DNA from: an uncultured delta proteobacterium
Lineage (GTDB): Bacteria; Desulfobacterota; Binatia; Binatales; Binataceae
DNA: 64,000 bases
Direction of reading: 5' to 3'
Assembly (NCBI GenBank): GCA_963724765.1
Contig: CAVRVY010000001.1
Span: forward strand, 352,001 to 416,000
A program made the translations under genes and the position numbers. Positions 18,439 through 27,316 of this stretch are shown piece after piece (the stretch's first letter is position 1; every line of letters begins with the position of its first letter). The notes beneath the pieces were generated by a model, which did not search any database, was not told the DNA's origin, and saw only the letters and a program-made list of their open reading frames with translations.

Positions 18439-20892
18439 ATGCCGATGGACGAACGCTACGAGCCCAGGAAAATCGAGACTCACTGGCAGGCCGAATGGGA
18501 CCGCGCTGACCTCTACCTCACGCGCGAGGATCGCGAACGGCCAAAGTTCTACGTGCTCGAGATGTTCCCCTATCCCTCGGGCGACGGCCTCTCCGTCGGC
18601 CATCTGCACAACTACGTTCCCTGCGACGTGATCGGACGCTACAAGCGGATGGCCGGTTATAACGTGCTGCACGCGATGGGCTGGGACGCCTTCGGCCTGC
18701 CGGCCGAGAACGACGCCCTGCTCAAGGGACTGCATCCCAAGGAGACCGTTCCGCGCTACGCCGCTAACTTCAAGCGACAGTTGAAGTTAGTCGGATGCGC
18801 TTACGACTGGACGCGCGAAATCAATTCCTCCACACCCGAGTACTACCGCTGGACGCAGTGGTTCTTTCTGCTGATGCTCAAGCGCGGACTCGCGTTTCGC
18901 GCCACCGGCTCGCAATGGTGGTGCGAGAAGTGCCGCACCATCCTGGCCAACGAGCAGGTGGTCAACGGATGCTGCTGGCGGCATACCGACACGCCGGTCA
19001 CCAAGAAGGACCTCGAACAGTGGTTCTTTAAGATCACCGCTTACGCCGACCGCTTGCTCGATGACCTCGAGGGAATCGATTGGCCCGAGCCGATCAAACT
19101 GATGCAGCGCAACTGGGTCGGACGCTCAGAGGGCGCGGAACTGGCGTTTCCCGTGGACGGCCATCCGGGCAAGGAGGTTCGCTTCTTCACCACCCGGCCC
19201 GACACGGTTTTCGGCGTGTCGTTCATGGTCCTCGCGCCGGAGCATCCGCTGGTCGCCGAGATCACCACGACCCAGCAGCGCGCCGCAGTCGAGGAGTACG
19301 TCACGCAGGCGCGGCGCCAGAGTGAAATCGAACGGCTCTCGACGGTGAAGGAAAAAACCGGCGTCTTCACCGGCGCATACGCGCGCAACCTCTTCAATGG
19401 CAAGCAGGTTCCCATCTGGATCGCCGACTATGTCCTGATGGGCTACGGCACTGGCGCGATCATGGGCGCGCCCGGCGAGGATCAGCGCGACTACGAGTTC
19501 GCGCGCAAGTACGGCCTGGAGATTCCGCTGGTCACCGCGCCCGCCGACGGCAGTCCTCCGCCCGCCAGCCGCGCATTCTCGGACCACGGCATCAACATCA
19601 ATTCGGTGAGCGCCGGTCTCAACCTAAACGGGATGAAGACCGCCGACGCGCTCCGCGCCGTATGCAAGTACGCCGAGGAGCACGAGATCGGCCGCGCCAC
19701 CGTCACCTACCGGATGCGCGACTGGCTAATCTCACGCCAGCGCTACTGGGGATGCCCCATCCCGATCGTCTACTGCCCGCGCGACGGTATCGTGCCGGTC
19801 CCCGAGGATCAGCTCCCGGTCATGCTGCCCGACATGAAGAACTACCAGCCCTCGGGCACCGGGCGATCGCCATTGGCCAACTCGCCCGAGTTCGTCAACA
19901 CGATCTGCCCCAAATGCGGCGGCCCGGCCGAGCGCGAGACCGACACGCTCGACGGCTTCGCCTGCTCGTCGTGGTACTTCCTGCGCTTCGCCTCGCCGCA
20001 TTACGACCGCGGGCCGTTCGAGCCCGCGATGGCCGATTACTGGCTGCCGGTTGACCTTTACGTCGGCGGCGCCGAGCACGCCGTGATGCATCTGCTGTAC
20101 GCGCGGATGTGGACCAAGGTGATGTTCGACGCGGGCCTGGTGAAATTCAAAGAGCCGTTCGCGGTCCTGCGCAACCAGGGAATGATCTGGGCCGGCGACG
20201 GCCAGAAGATGTCCAAGAGCAAGGGCAACGTGGTCACGCCCGACGCGATGGTCGACAAGTACGGCGCCGACGCGCTCCGGCTCTGGGAGCTCTTCATGGG
20301 CCCGTTCGAGGAGCCGACCAACTGGAACGAGGAGGGCGTGTTCGGCACCGCGCGTTATCTCTCGCGCGTGTGGAACGCGATGCGCCGCTTCGTCGAGGCC
20401 GGAAGTCCGGCCGGCAATCCCAGCGCCGAGACTACGCGCCGCGCCCATAAGACTATCAAGACCGTCACCGATCATATCGAGCGGCTGCGCTTCAACACTG
20501 CGCTCGCCACCCTGATGGACCAGCTCAACTACCTGATGAAGCTCGCGCCTGCGGACGCCGGCCGCTTCGCGTTCGAGAGCTACGTGGTGATGCTCGCGCC
20601 GATGGCCCCGCATATCGCAGAAGAACTGTGGCGCGCGCTGGGACACACGGCCTCGGTCCATCTCGAGCCGTGGCCGAAGTTTTCCGAAGAACTCGCGCGC
20701 GACGAGATGATTACGGTGGTGGTGCAGGTCAACGGCAAGGTGCGCGATCGTCTCGTGGTCGGCGCCGGGACGCCTGAAGAGGAAGTGCGCGGGATGGCGC
20801 TCAAGAGTGTGGCCGTGGCGCGCCATCTCGACGGCAAACCGCCGAAGAAGATCATCTACGTGCCCGACAAGCTCGTCAGCATCGTTGCCTGA
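18439..20892 (+). CDS. leuS: Leucine--tRNA ligase
   Basis: MFPYPSG, GWDAFGLPAEN, editing-domain TTRPDT and GTGAIM, DWLISRQRYWG, GGAEHA, KMSKS and VQVNGK. Confidence 0.98.
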   Translation: MPMDERYEPRKIETHWQAEWDRADLYLTREDRERPKFYVLEMFPYPSGDGLSVGHLHNYVPCDVIGRYKRMAGYNVLHAMGWDAFGLPAENDALLKGLHPKETVPRYAANFKRQLKLVGCAYDWTREINSSTPEYYRWTQWFFLLMLKRGLAFRATGSQWWCEKCRTILANEQVVNGCCWRHTDTPVTKKDLEQWFFKITAYADRLLDDLEGIDWPEPIKLMQRNWVGRSEGAELAFPVDGHPGKEVRFFTTRPDTVFGVSFMVLAPEHPLVAEITTTQQRAAVEEYVTQARRQSEIERLSTVKEKTGVFTGAYARNLFNGKQVPIWIADYVLMGYGTGAIMGAPGEDQRDYEFARKYGLEIPLVTAPADGSPPPASRAFSDHGININSVSAGLNLNGMKTADALRAVCKYAEEHEIGRATVTYRMRDWLISRQRYWGCPIPIVYCPRDGIVPVPEDQLPVMLPDMKNYQPSGTGRSPLANSPEFVNTICPKCGGPAERETDTLDGFACSSWYFLRFASPHYDRGPFEPAMADYWLPVDLYVGGAEHAVMHLLYARMWTKVMFDAGLVKFKEPFAVLRNQGMIWAGDGQKMSKSKGNVVTPDAMVDKYGADALRLWELFMGPFEEPTNWNEEGVFGTARYLSRVWNAMRRFVEAGSPAGNPSAETTRRAHKTIKTVTDHIERLRFNTALATLMDQLNYLMKLAPADAGRFAFESYVVMLAPMAPHIAEELWRALGHTASVHLEPWPKFSEELARDEMITVVVQVNGKVRDRLVVGAGTPEEEVRGMALKSVAVARHLDGKPPKKIIYVPDKLVSIVA

Positions 20893-20918
20893 TCTTTTTC
20901 AATCGCACTCGTGACGCG

Positions 20919-20940
20919 GCTCCGTTGTCGCCGCTTTGCC
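20919..20940 (+). repeat. 22-bp direct repeat, copy 1 (copy 2 at 22762-22783), flanking the tandem crotonase pair
   Basis: GCTCCGTTGTCGCCGCTTTGCC versus GCTCCGTTGTCGCGGCTTTGGC, 20/22 identical. Confidence 0.7.
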
Positions 20941-21064
20941 CGTTGAAGCGCCCCCGGTTGAATGCGGCGCGGCGGCCATGCGATGCTCGCCCCCAATGCC
21001 GTGACGATCTTCGTCTATCTGTTGTAGGGGCTGCTCGTGAGCGGCCCTCAAGGAGCGAGTCCCG

Positions 21065-21844
21065 ATGGCCGAGAGCGACATCCTCAGATTCGACCGCCGT
21101 CCCAATCACGTAGTTCTAACGCTTAACCGTCCCGAGAAACGCAACGCCCTTAATGGTGCGATGTTCGAAGCGCTCGACCACGCCTTTGCGGTTATCGAGG
21201 CCGACAAGAGCATCCGCGCGATGGTGCTGCGTGGCGAGGGTTCGGCCTTCTCTTCGGGGGTCGATCTGCGTGAACTCGAACATGTTGAGTCGAGCGGCGG
21301 GCGCTGGGGCGTCGCCCCGCAGGACGCCTTCCGGCGGCTCGAAGCGCTGCCGATCCCGACGATCGCGGCCGTGCAGGGCGCGACGCTGACCGGGGGACTG
21401 GTGCTGGCGCTGCTATGCGATCTGCGGGTCGCTGCCGAAAACGCGGGGTTGGGGATGACGCCGGCGCGAATCGGCCGCGTGCCCGATTACTTCATCTTCC
21501 GCAAGTTCATGGCGCTGGTTGGCCCGGCCCATACCGCGGAAATCATGTATACTGCCGCGCCGCTAAGCGCCAAGCGTGCGTATGAGATCGGTTTGGTCGA
21601 TCGCGTGGTGGTTGATGAGCGGTTTGCCACCGAGGCCGACGCGATGGCCGAGCGGATCGCGGCCAACGCGCCGCTCTCGTTGCGCGCGATGAAAGCCTCG
21701 ATCCGCCGCTGCCTGAGCGACACCTACAACGCCGAGCACGAGGATATCGATGCGATGCGGGCGGCGGTGTTGAGCAGCCGCGACGGCAAGGAGGGCGTGC
21801 GCGCGTTCCTGGAAAAGCGCAAGCCCGTGTGGTCGGGGGAATAG
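21065..21844 (+). CDS. Enoyl-CoA hydratase/isomerase (crotonase) family protein, copy 1
   Basis: LNRPEKRNAL, FSSGVDL, PTIAAVQG, CDLRVAA and EGVRAFLEKRKPVW. Confidence 0.9.
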   Translation: MAESDILRFDRRPNHVVLTLNRPEKRNALNGAMFEALDHAFAVIEADKSIRAMVLRGEGSAFSSGVDLRELEHVESSGGRWGVAPQDAFRRLEALPIPTIAAVQGATLTGGLVLALLCDLRVAAENAGLGMTPARIGRVPDYFIFRKFMALVGPAHTAEIMYTAAPLSAKRAYEIGLVDRVVVDERFATEADAMAERIAANAPLSLRAMKASIRRCLSDTYNAEHEDIDAMRAAVLSSRDGKEGVRAFLEKRKPVWSGE

Positions 21845-21969
21845 CCCGCAACTTGCACGGCGGCCACGCGAGGCTCGCCGCTTCGCATCAACCCTTGAAG
21901 CGCGCGGCGCGGTCGTGCGATGCTCGGGCCGCAAACGCCCGTATCCCGCAAGCTCAAGGAGTCGCTCTC

Positions 21970-22740
21970 ATGGCCGAGGATATTCTCAAGGTCGAACGCC
22001 ACCCCAATTACGTCACCATCACGCTCAACCGGCCCGAGAAACGCAACTCGCTCAACGAGGTGTTGCTCGCCGCGATGGACAAGGCGTTCGCCTCGATCGA
22101 AGACGACAAGGAGATTCGCGCCGTCATCCTGCGCGGCGCCGGCAAGAGCTTTTCCGCCGGGCTCGACCTGGCCGAGGCCGATCGCCTCGAGGGCGGCCAT
22201 AGCCCGGTGAGTATCGAGCGCACCTTCCGTCGCCTCGAACAGCTTCCGGTGCCGACCATCGCCGCCGTGCAGGGCGCCGCGCTGGCCGGCGGATGCGAAC
22301 TCGCGCTGCATTGCGATCTGCGGGTCGCGGCCGAGGACGCTCGAATCGGGATGACCGTCGCACGCGTGGGACTGCTGGTGCCCTACGATTTCATCCGCAA
22401 GCTGATCGAGATCATCGGCTCAGCCAACACCGCGCAAATCCTCTACACCGCCGAGCCGGTCAACGCCCAGCGCGCGCTCGCGATGGGCATGGTGCACGAG
22501 GTCGTACCCAACGACAAGCTCGACGCGGCCGCCGTCGCGTGGGCCGAGAAAGTTTCGTCGAACGCGCCGCTCTCGCTGCGCACGATGAAGAAGAGCATGC
22601 GGCGCTCGATGAGCGAGTCCAACGACGCGTGGCACGACGACATCCTGGAGATGGGCCGGATAATCCGTGCGAGCAAAGATGCCAGGGAAGGCGTGCGCGC
22701 GTTTTTGGAAAAGCGCAAACCGGTCTGGCGCGCCGAATGA
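21970..22740 (+). CDS. Enoyl-CoA hydratase/isomerase (crotonase) family protein, copy 2
   Basis: LNRPEKRNSL, FSAGLDL, GGCELALHCDLR and EGVRAFLEKRKPVW. RBS AAGGAG before ATG 21970. Confidence 0.9.
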   Translation: MAEDILKVERHPNYVTITLNRPEKRNSLNEVLLAAMDKAFASIEDDKEIRAVILRGAGKSFSAGLDLAEADRLEGGHSPVSIERTFRRLEQLPVPTIAAVQGAALAGGCELALHCDLRVAAEDARIGMTVARVGLLVPYDFIRKLIEIIGSANTAQILYTAEPVNAQRALAMGMVHEVVPNDKLDAAAVAWAEKVSSNAPLSLRTMKKSMRRSMSESNDAWHDDILEMGRIIRASKDAREGVRAFLEKRKPVWRAE

Positions 22741-22761
22741 TTTACTGACACTAGCGTTGCC

Positions 22762-22783
22762 GCTCCGTTGTCGCGGCTTTGGC
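22762..22783 (+). repeat. 22-bp direct repeat, copy 2
   Basis: Matches 20919-20940 at 20/22 positions. Confidence 0.7.
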
Positions 22784-22918
22784 GATTGAGCAGCGTTCGC
22801 AGCGCTGTGTCCCGCGGGCGCAACTGCTGTCCGAGCGTAGTTAGCCAACACTCGCGCCGCGTCGTCCTCGCGCGCCGAGCTTGTTAACTCCCTCCCCCTC
22901 ATATTTCACTGCCATACG

Positions 22919-23974
22919 CTAGAATTCTTCATGCCGCTGGAGCGCGCGGCGCAGCGCCGCGACGTTCTGGACCAGCACGCTCGGCAAGTTCAATGTCCCC
23001 GCCACGGCCGAGTATGGATAAAGGCGCGAGTTGATATGCGCGTGCAGCGGCAATCCCTCGCCCTGGTGAATTTCGTAGTCGAGCGGCAACGGCCCCAGCA
23101 CCCGCAGGATGCGGCAGATCGCGCGCGCGAAGAGCCGTAGCTGCTCGGGCGCAAGCTCGCTCAGCGTGCCGCGAAACCGCGGCATTATCACGTCGTAGCT
23201 ACGCGGGAACGCACCGATGGGGCTGGCGAAGCTCACCACCCCATCGCGCCGCTCGATCAGCAGGCCCAGCCGCTCAACCAGCTCGAGCAGCTCATCCCAC
23301 AGCTCCGGCGTCCGCTGCTCGGCCTCGGCCTCGGCCACCAGCGCCGGCAGCGCGGAGGGCGCGCCGATGATCTGCTGATGGAGGTGCGGCTGTGAGGCGC
23401 CGGACTCGCGCCCTTGGTTTTTGCGGATCACGATCGAGCGCACCGCGCCGTTCTCCGTTGCGCGGCGCATCACGGCGACGTCGGTCTGGATTAGCCGCAG
23501 GAAATGCTCTTCGCCGAGCGCCCCGGTGTACATCAGGTCGCCGACCGCGCGCGGCTGGAGGCTCGAGAAGTGACGCGGATCCTCGATCACGATGTACGAC
23601 TCGTTGCGTCCGCCGGTGAGTTCGGCGGGGACGCGCGGGAAAAGGTTGTTGAACACGCGCATCACCCATCCGGCTCCCGCGCCCGCGCCGCTGGCGGTCT
23701 TATCGCCAGTCCACCGCGGGAAGTCGGCGGGCGTCACGCGCAGAATTTCCGCCGGCGCCATCGCCTCGTTGCCGGGGCAGAATGGGCATGTCGCCTGCGC
23801 CTGCGCGATCTCGGCGGCGCCGAGCGTGGGCGCCTCCGGGTCGAGTTCGCTGCGGCCGCCCAGCGTGAACGCGAAGCTTTTGCCGCGCACGTCGACGACG
23901 TAGGAGATGACGCCGGTTATCGGATTCTTGATCCAGACCAGCGCGCCATCGCGAACTTCGTATTCAATCGGCAT
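22919..23974 (-). CDS. GalT-like HIT-superfamily nucleotidyltransferase (DUF4921-like)
   Basis: CPFCPGNE Zn motif, NLFP, and KNQGRESGASQPHLHQQI (HxHxQ). Confidence 0.75.
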   Translation of the reverse strand: MPIEYEVRDGALVWIKNPITGVISYVVDVRGKSFAFTLGGRSELDPEAPTLGAAEIAQAQATCPFCPGNEAMAPAEILRVTPADFPRWTGDKTASGAGAGAGWVMRVFNNLFPRVPAELTGGRNESYIVIEDPRHFSSLQPRAVGDLMYTGALGEEHFLRLIQTDVAVMRRATENGAVRSIVIRKNQGRESGASQPHLHQQIIGAPSALPALVAEAEAEQRTPELWDELLELVERLGLLIERRDGVVSFASPIGAFPRSYDVIMPRFRGTLSELAPEQLRLFARAICRILRVLGPLPLDYEIHQGEGLPLHAHINSRLYPYSAVAGTLNLPSVLVQNVAALRRALQRHEEF

Positions 23975-24121
23975 CCGTCAATTCTTAGCCTTGGCACGGC
24001 AGGGTTTTCAACACGAGCGTGGTCGCCTCATCTCGGCGCGCGCCCGAGAGCCAGCTAATTTGAGAGTTGCGATTTATTGGCAGCGGCGCGCAGGTGGCTC
24101 GCACCCGCGTTCATCCGGCGG

Positions 24122-24268
24122 TCAGTTCGGGAGGCAGAACCAGAGCGTCTCGAAGATGACAGTGAGGACCACGACGGCGGCGAGGATCTTGAGCGCCTCG
24201 TCACCGGGGCCGTCGCTGTACGTCTCGGGCCAGAAGGGCAGCCACGGAAAGGGATTCGTTTTGCGCAT
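24122..24268 (-). CDS. Small 48-aa single-TM membrane protein (not in the ORF track)
   Basis: MRKTNPFPWLPFWPETYSDGPGDEALKILAAVVVLTVIFETLWFCLPN. GC-ending codons, AAGG upstream, fills an otherwise empty gap. Confidence 0.55.
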   Translation of the reverse strand: MRKTNPFPWLPFWPETYSDGPGDEALKILAAVVVLTVIFETLWFCLPN

Positions 24269-24473
24269 CGCGGATGCCTTGGGGAAAGAAAAGCTTCTCT
24301 TCCCCGGCTGTTTTTATGCTATCGGAATTGACGCTGCCTTGACAGTGCCGAAGGGCTCGGTTATCCGTTTTAGGGGACGCTTTTGCGCCTAGGCGATCTC
24401 GGGGTCTGGCGCTCCGCTCACGAGCGGGCACCAGGCTTTTTTTTGGCCGCCGCCCATCGCGGGCGCGGGGCGA

Positions 24474-25634
24474 GTGTTGGTGAAAAACCCGGTAAAAAAA
24501 TATTTGTTCACGCCCGGACCCGCGCCGGTTCCACCTGAGGTTCTGCTCGAGATGGCGCGTCCGATGATTCATCATCGCACGCCCGAGTTTAGCGCCGTGC
24601 TCGACCAGGCGCGCGAACGGATGCGCCCGCTGTTCGGTACGCGCCAGGAAGTGATCCTGCTCGCGGCCAGCGGCACCGGCGCGATGGAAGCGGCGGTTAC
24701 CAACCTGCTCGCGCCGGCCGAGCATGCGGTCTACGTCAACGGCGGCAAGTTTGGCGAGCGGTGGGGCAAGCTGCTCGCCGCGTATGGGATGACCGGCCAT
24801 GAGATCCGCATCGAATGGGGCCGCGCGGCGCGTCCGGAGCAGGTCGAAGAGGCGCTCCGCGCCAATCCCAATGCGCGCGCGGTGCTGATGCAGGCGAGCG
24901 AGACCTCGACCTGCGCGGTTCATCCGGTGGCCGAGGTCGCCGCGATCACGCGTGCGCGCGACGCGATGCTGATCGTGGACGGAATTACCTCGGTCGGAGT
25001 GTTCGAGCAGAAGATGGATGAGTGGGGCGTCGACGCGCTGGTCACCGGCAGTCAGAAGGCGCTGATGCTGCCGCCGGGACTCGCGATGGTCGCGTTGTCG
25101 GAACGCGCGCTGGAGCGTGCGCAGCGCTCGCGCATGCCGCGCTACTATTTCGACCTGATGCGCGAGCTCAAGGCCCAGCGCGACGAACATACCACCGCCT
25201 GGACCGCCGCCGTCTCGCTGGTGTTGGGGCTCAACAAGTCGCTCGAGATGATTCACGCTGAAGGGTTGCCGCAGGTTTTCGCACGCCATCGCGTGATGGC
25301 CGAGGCGACGCGCGCGGCCGCGCCCGCGCTGGGACTGGGTCTGCTCGCGTCCGACAATCCGGCGCCGGGCGTAACCGGAATTCTCACGCCCAGCGGGCTC
25401 GACGGATCCAAGCTGGTGCGCTACATGCGCGACGAGCTAGGCGTATCGGTGCAGGGCGGGCAGGATCAGATGAAAGGCAAGCTGGTGCGCGTCGGCCACA
25501 TGGGATACCTGAGCCCGTTCGACATGCTGATCGCGGTCGGAGCGTTGGAGATGGCGCTCGCGCATCTCGGCTATCGCTTCGAGACTGGCGCGGGCGTAGC
25601 CGCGGTCGCGCGCCGCATCGCGGCGAAGGCCTGA
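24474..25634 (+). CDS. Class V PLP aminotransferase (alanine-glyoxylate/serine-pyruvate family; probable phosphoserine aminotransferase role)
   Basis: LFTPGP, HHRTPEF, SGTGAME, ETST, and the PLP Lys in GSQKALMLPPGL. Directly upstream of serA; exact start uncertain. Confidence 0.9.
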   Translation: MLVKNPVKKYLFTPGPAPVPPEVLLEMARPMIHHRTPEFSAVLDQARERMRPLFGTRQEVILLAASGTGAMEAAVTNLLAPAEHAVYVNGGKFGERWGKLLAAYGMTGHEIRIEWGRAARPEQVEEALRANPNARAVLMQASETSTCAVHPVAEVAAITRARDAMLIVDGITSVGVFEQKMDEWGVDALVTGSQKALMLPPGLAMVALSERALERAQRSRMPRYYFDLMRELKAQRDEHTTAWTAAVSLVLGLNKSLEMIHAEGLPQVFARHRVMAEATRAAAPALGLGLLASDNPAPGVTGILTPSGLDGSKLVRYMRDELGVSVQGGQDQMKGKLVRVGHMGYLSPFDMLIAVGALEMALAHLGYRFETGAGVAAVARRIAAKA

Positions 25635-25643
25635 GCGAACGCC

Positions 25644-27242
25644 ATGGCTGAGACGACGTTACGCGTTCTGCTGAGCGACCCGCTCAATGCGCAGGGAGTC
25701 GAGGTGTTCCGCCGCTATCCCGAGCTCAAGGTCGACGTCAAAACCGGGCTCCAGCCGGCCGAGCTGGCCGAAATAATCGCACCCTACCATGGGCTGGTCG
25801 TGCGTAGCGCGACGCACGTGACGCGCGAGGTGATCGAGCGCGCCGATTCGCTGCGCGTAATCGGGCGGGCCGGCGTGGGCGTCGACAATATCGACCTCGA
25901 AGCGGCGACGCGGCGCGGAATCGTGGTGATGAACAGCCCGCTCGGCAACAGCGTCACCACTGCCGAGCATGCGATCTCGATGATGATGGCGCTGGCGCGG
26001 CATATTCCGGCCGCCAACGCGGCGGTGCGCGCCGGGCGATGGGATCGCAGCAAGTTCATCGGCATCGAGGTCTGCAACAAGACCCTCGGCGTGATTGGGC
26101 TGGGCAACATCGGGCGCATCGTGGCCGAACGGGCGATCGGGCTCAAGATGAAGGTGATCGGTTACGATCCGATTCTGACCGGCGAGGCGGCGGCGCGGAT
26201 CGGGGTCGAGATGGTGACGCTGGAGCAGCTCTACCGGCGTGCCGATTTCATCACGGCGCACGCACCGCTGACCCGCGACACCAAGTCGCTGGTGGGCGCG
26301 GCGGCGTTTGCGATGATGAAGCCGGGCGTGCGAATCATCAACTGCGCGCGCGGCGGAATCGTCGACGAGCAGGCGCTTGCCGAGGCGCTCGCTTCGGGCA
26401 AGGTCGCCGGTGCGGCGCTCGACGTGTTCGTCGAAGAACCGCCGCCGAAGGACCATCCGCTGCTCCGCTTCGACAACGTGATCGCGACGCCGCATCTGGG
26501 CGCAGCGACCGACGAGGCGCAAATCCAGGTCGCGATCGACATCGCGCAACAGACCGCCGAGTTTCTCATCAATGGAGTGATCAGCCATTCGGTCAACATG
26601 CCGGCGCTTTCGCCCAAGGAGCTGGAGACGCTCGGACCCCATCTGCGGCTCGCCGAACGGCTGGGCCGCCTCGCCGCGCAGCTTATCGCCGAGCCGCCCG
26701 CGCAAATCACCGTCGGCCTGGGAGGCGAGGCAGCTGGGCTCAAGGCCGAGCCAATCACGGCGGCGGCGCTCAAGGGTCTGCTGAGCGGCTTCCTCGACCA
26801 GGATTTCAATTACGTCAGCGCGCCCTTCATCGCGCGCGAACGCGGCATCGGCGTGACCGAAAGCCGCTCGCGCGAGACCACCGACTACATCAACACGTTG
26901 ACGCTGAGCGTGCGCACGCTGAGCGGCACGCATGAGGTCGCGGGCGCCGTGATCGGCGACCACGGGCTTAGGCTCATCCGGATCGACGGCTACCGGGTCG
27001 AGGCGGTGCCCGAGGGCTACTTCCTGATGCTGCACAACCGCGACGTGCCGGGTGTGGTCGGCGCGGTGGGTTCGATGCTGGGGCAGGCGGGGATCAATAT
27101 AGCGGGGTTGGAACTGGGACGCGATCGCGCGGGCGGGATGGCGCTTAGCCTGGTCGAGGTCGACGGCGCAGTCCCGGCCGAGGTGCTCGAACGTCTCAAG
27201 ACCATCCCGGCCATAGTCTCGGCCGCGCTGCTCAAACTCTAG
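25644..27242 (+). CDS. serA: D-3-phosphoglycerate dehydrogenase (type I with ASB and ACT domains)
   Basis: RAGVGVDNID, GLGNIG, NCARGGIVDE, TPHLGA and ACT motif NRDVPGVVG. Confidence 0.96.
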   Translation: MAETTLRVLLSDPLNAQGVEVFRRYPELKVDVKTGLQPAELAEIIAPYHGLVVRSATHVTREVIERADSLRVIGRAGVGVDNIDLEAATRRGIVVMNSPLGNSVTTAEHAISMMMALARHIPAANAAVRAGRWDRSKFIGIEVCNKTLGVIGLGNIGRIVAERAIGLKMKVIGYDPILTGEAAARIGVEMVTLEQLYRRADFITAHAPLTRDTKSLVGAAAFAMMKPGVRIINCARGGIVDEQALAEALASGKVAGAALDVFVEEPPPKDHPLLRFDNVIATPHLGAATDEAQIQVAIDIAQQTAEFLINGVISHSVNMPALSPKELETLGPHLRLAERLGRLAAQLIAEPPAQITVGLGGEAAGLKAEPITAAALKGLLSGFLDQDFNYVSAPFIARERGIGVTESRSRETTDYINTLTLSVRTLSGTHEVAGAVIGDHGLRLIRIDGYRVEAVPEGYFLMLHNRDVPGVVGAVGSMLGQAGINIAGLELGRDRAGGMALSLVEVDGAVPAEVLERLKTIPAIVSAALLKL

Positions 27243-27316
27243 GATGGGTCCGCACCGGCTCCAGATGCGGCCGAAGCAAGGCGCCGCGCGGCATCGCCGC
27301 GCACGGATGTGACGCG

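Noticed and set aside
23990-24010. TTGGCACG as a sigma54 promoter
   Set aside because: There is no GC at the -12 position (GG-N10 is followed by TT), and no suitably placed downstream gene.
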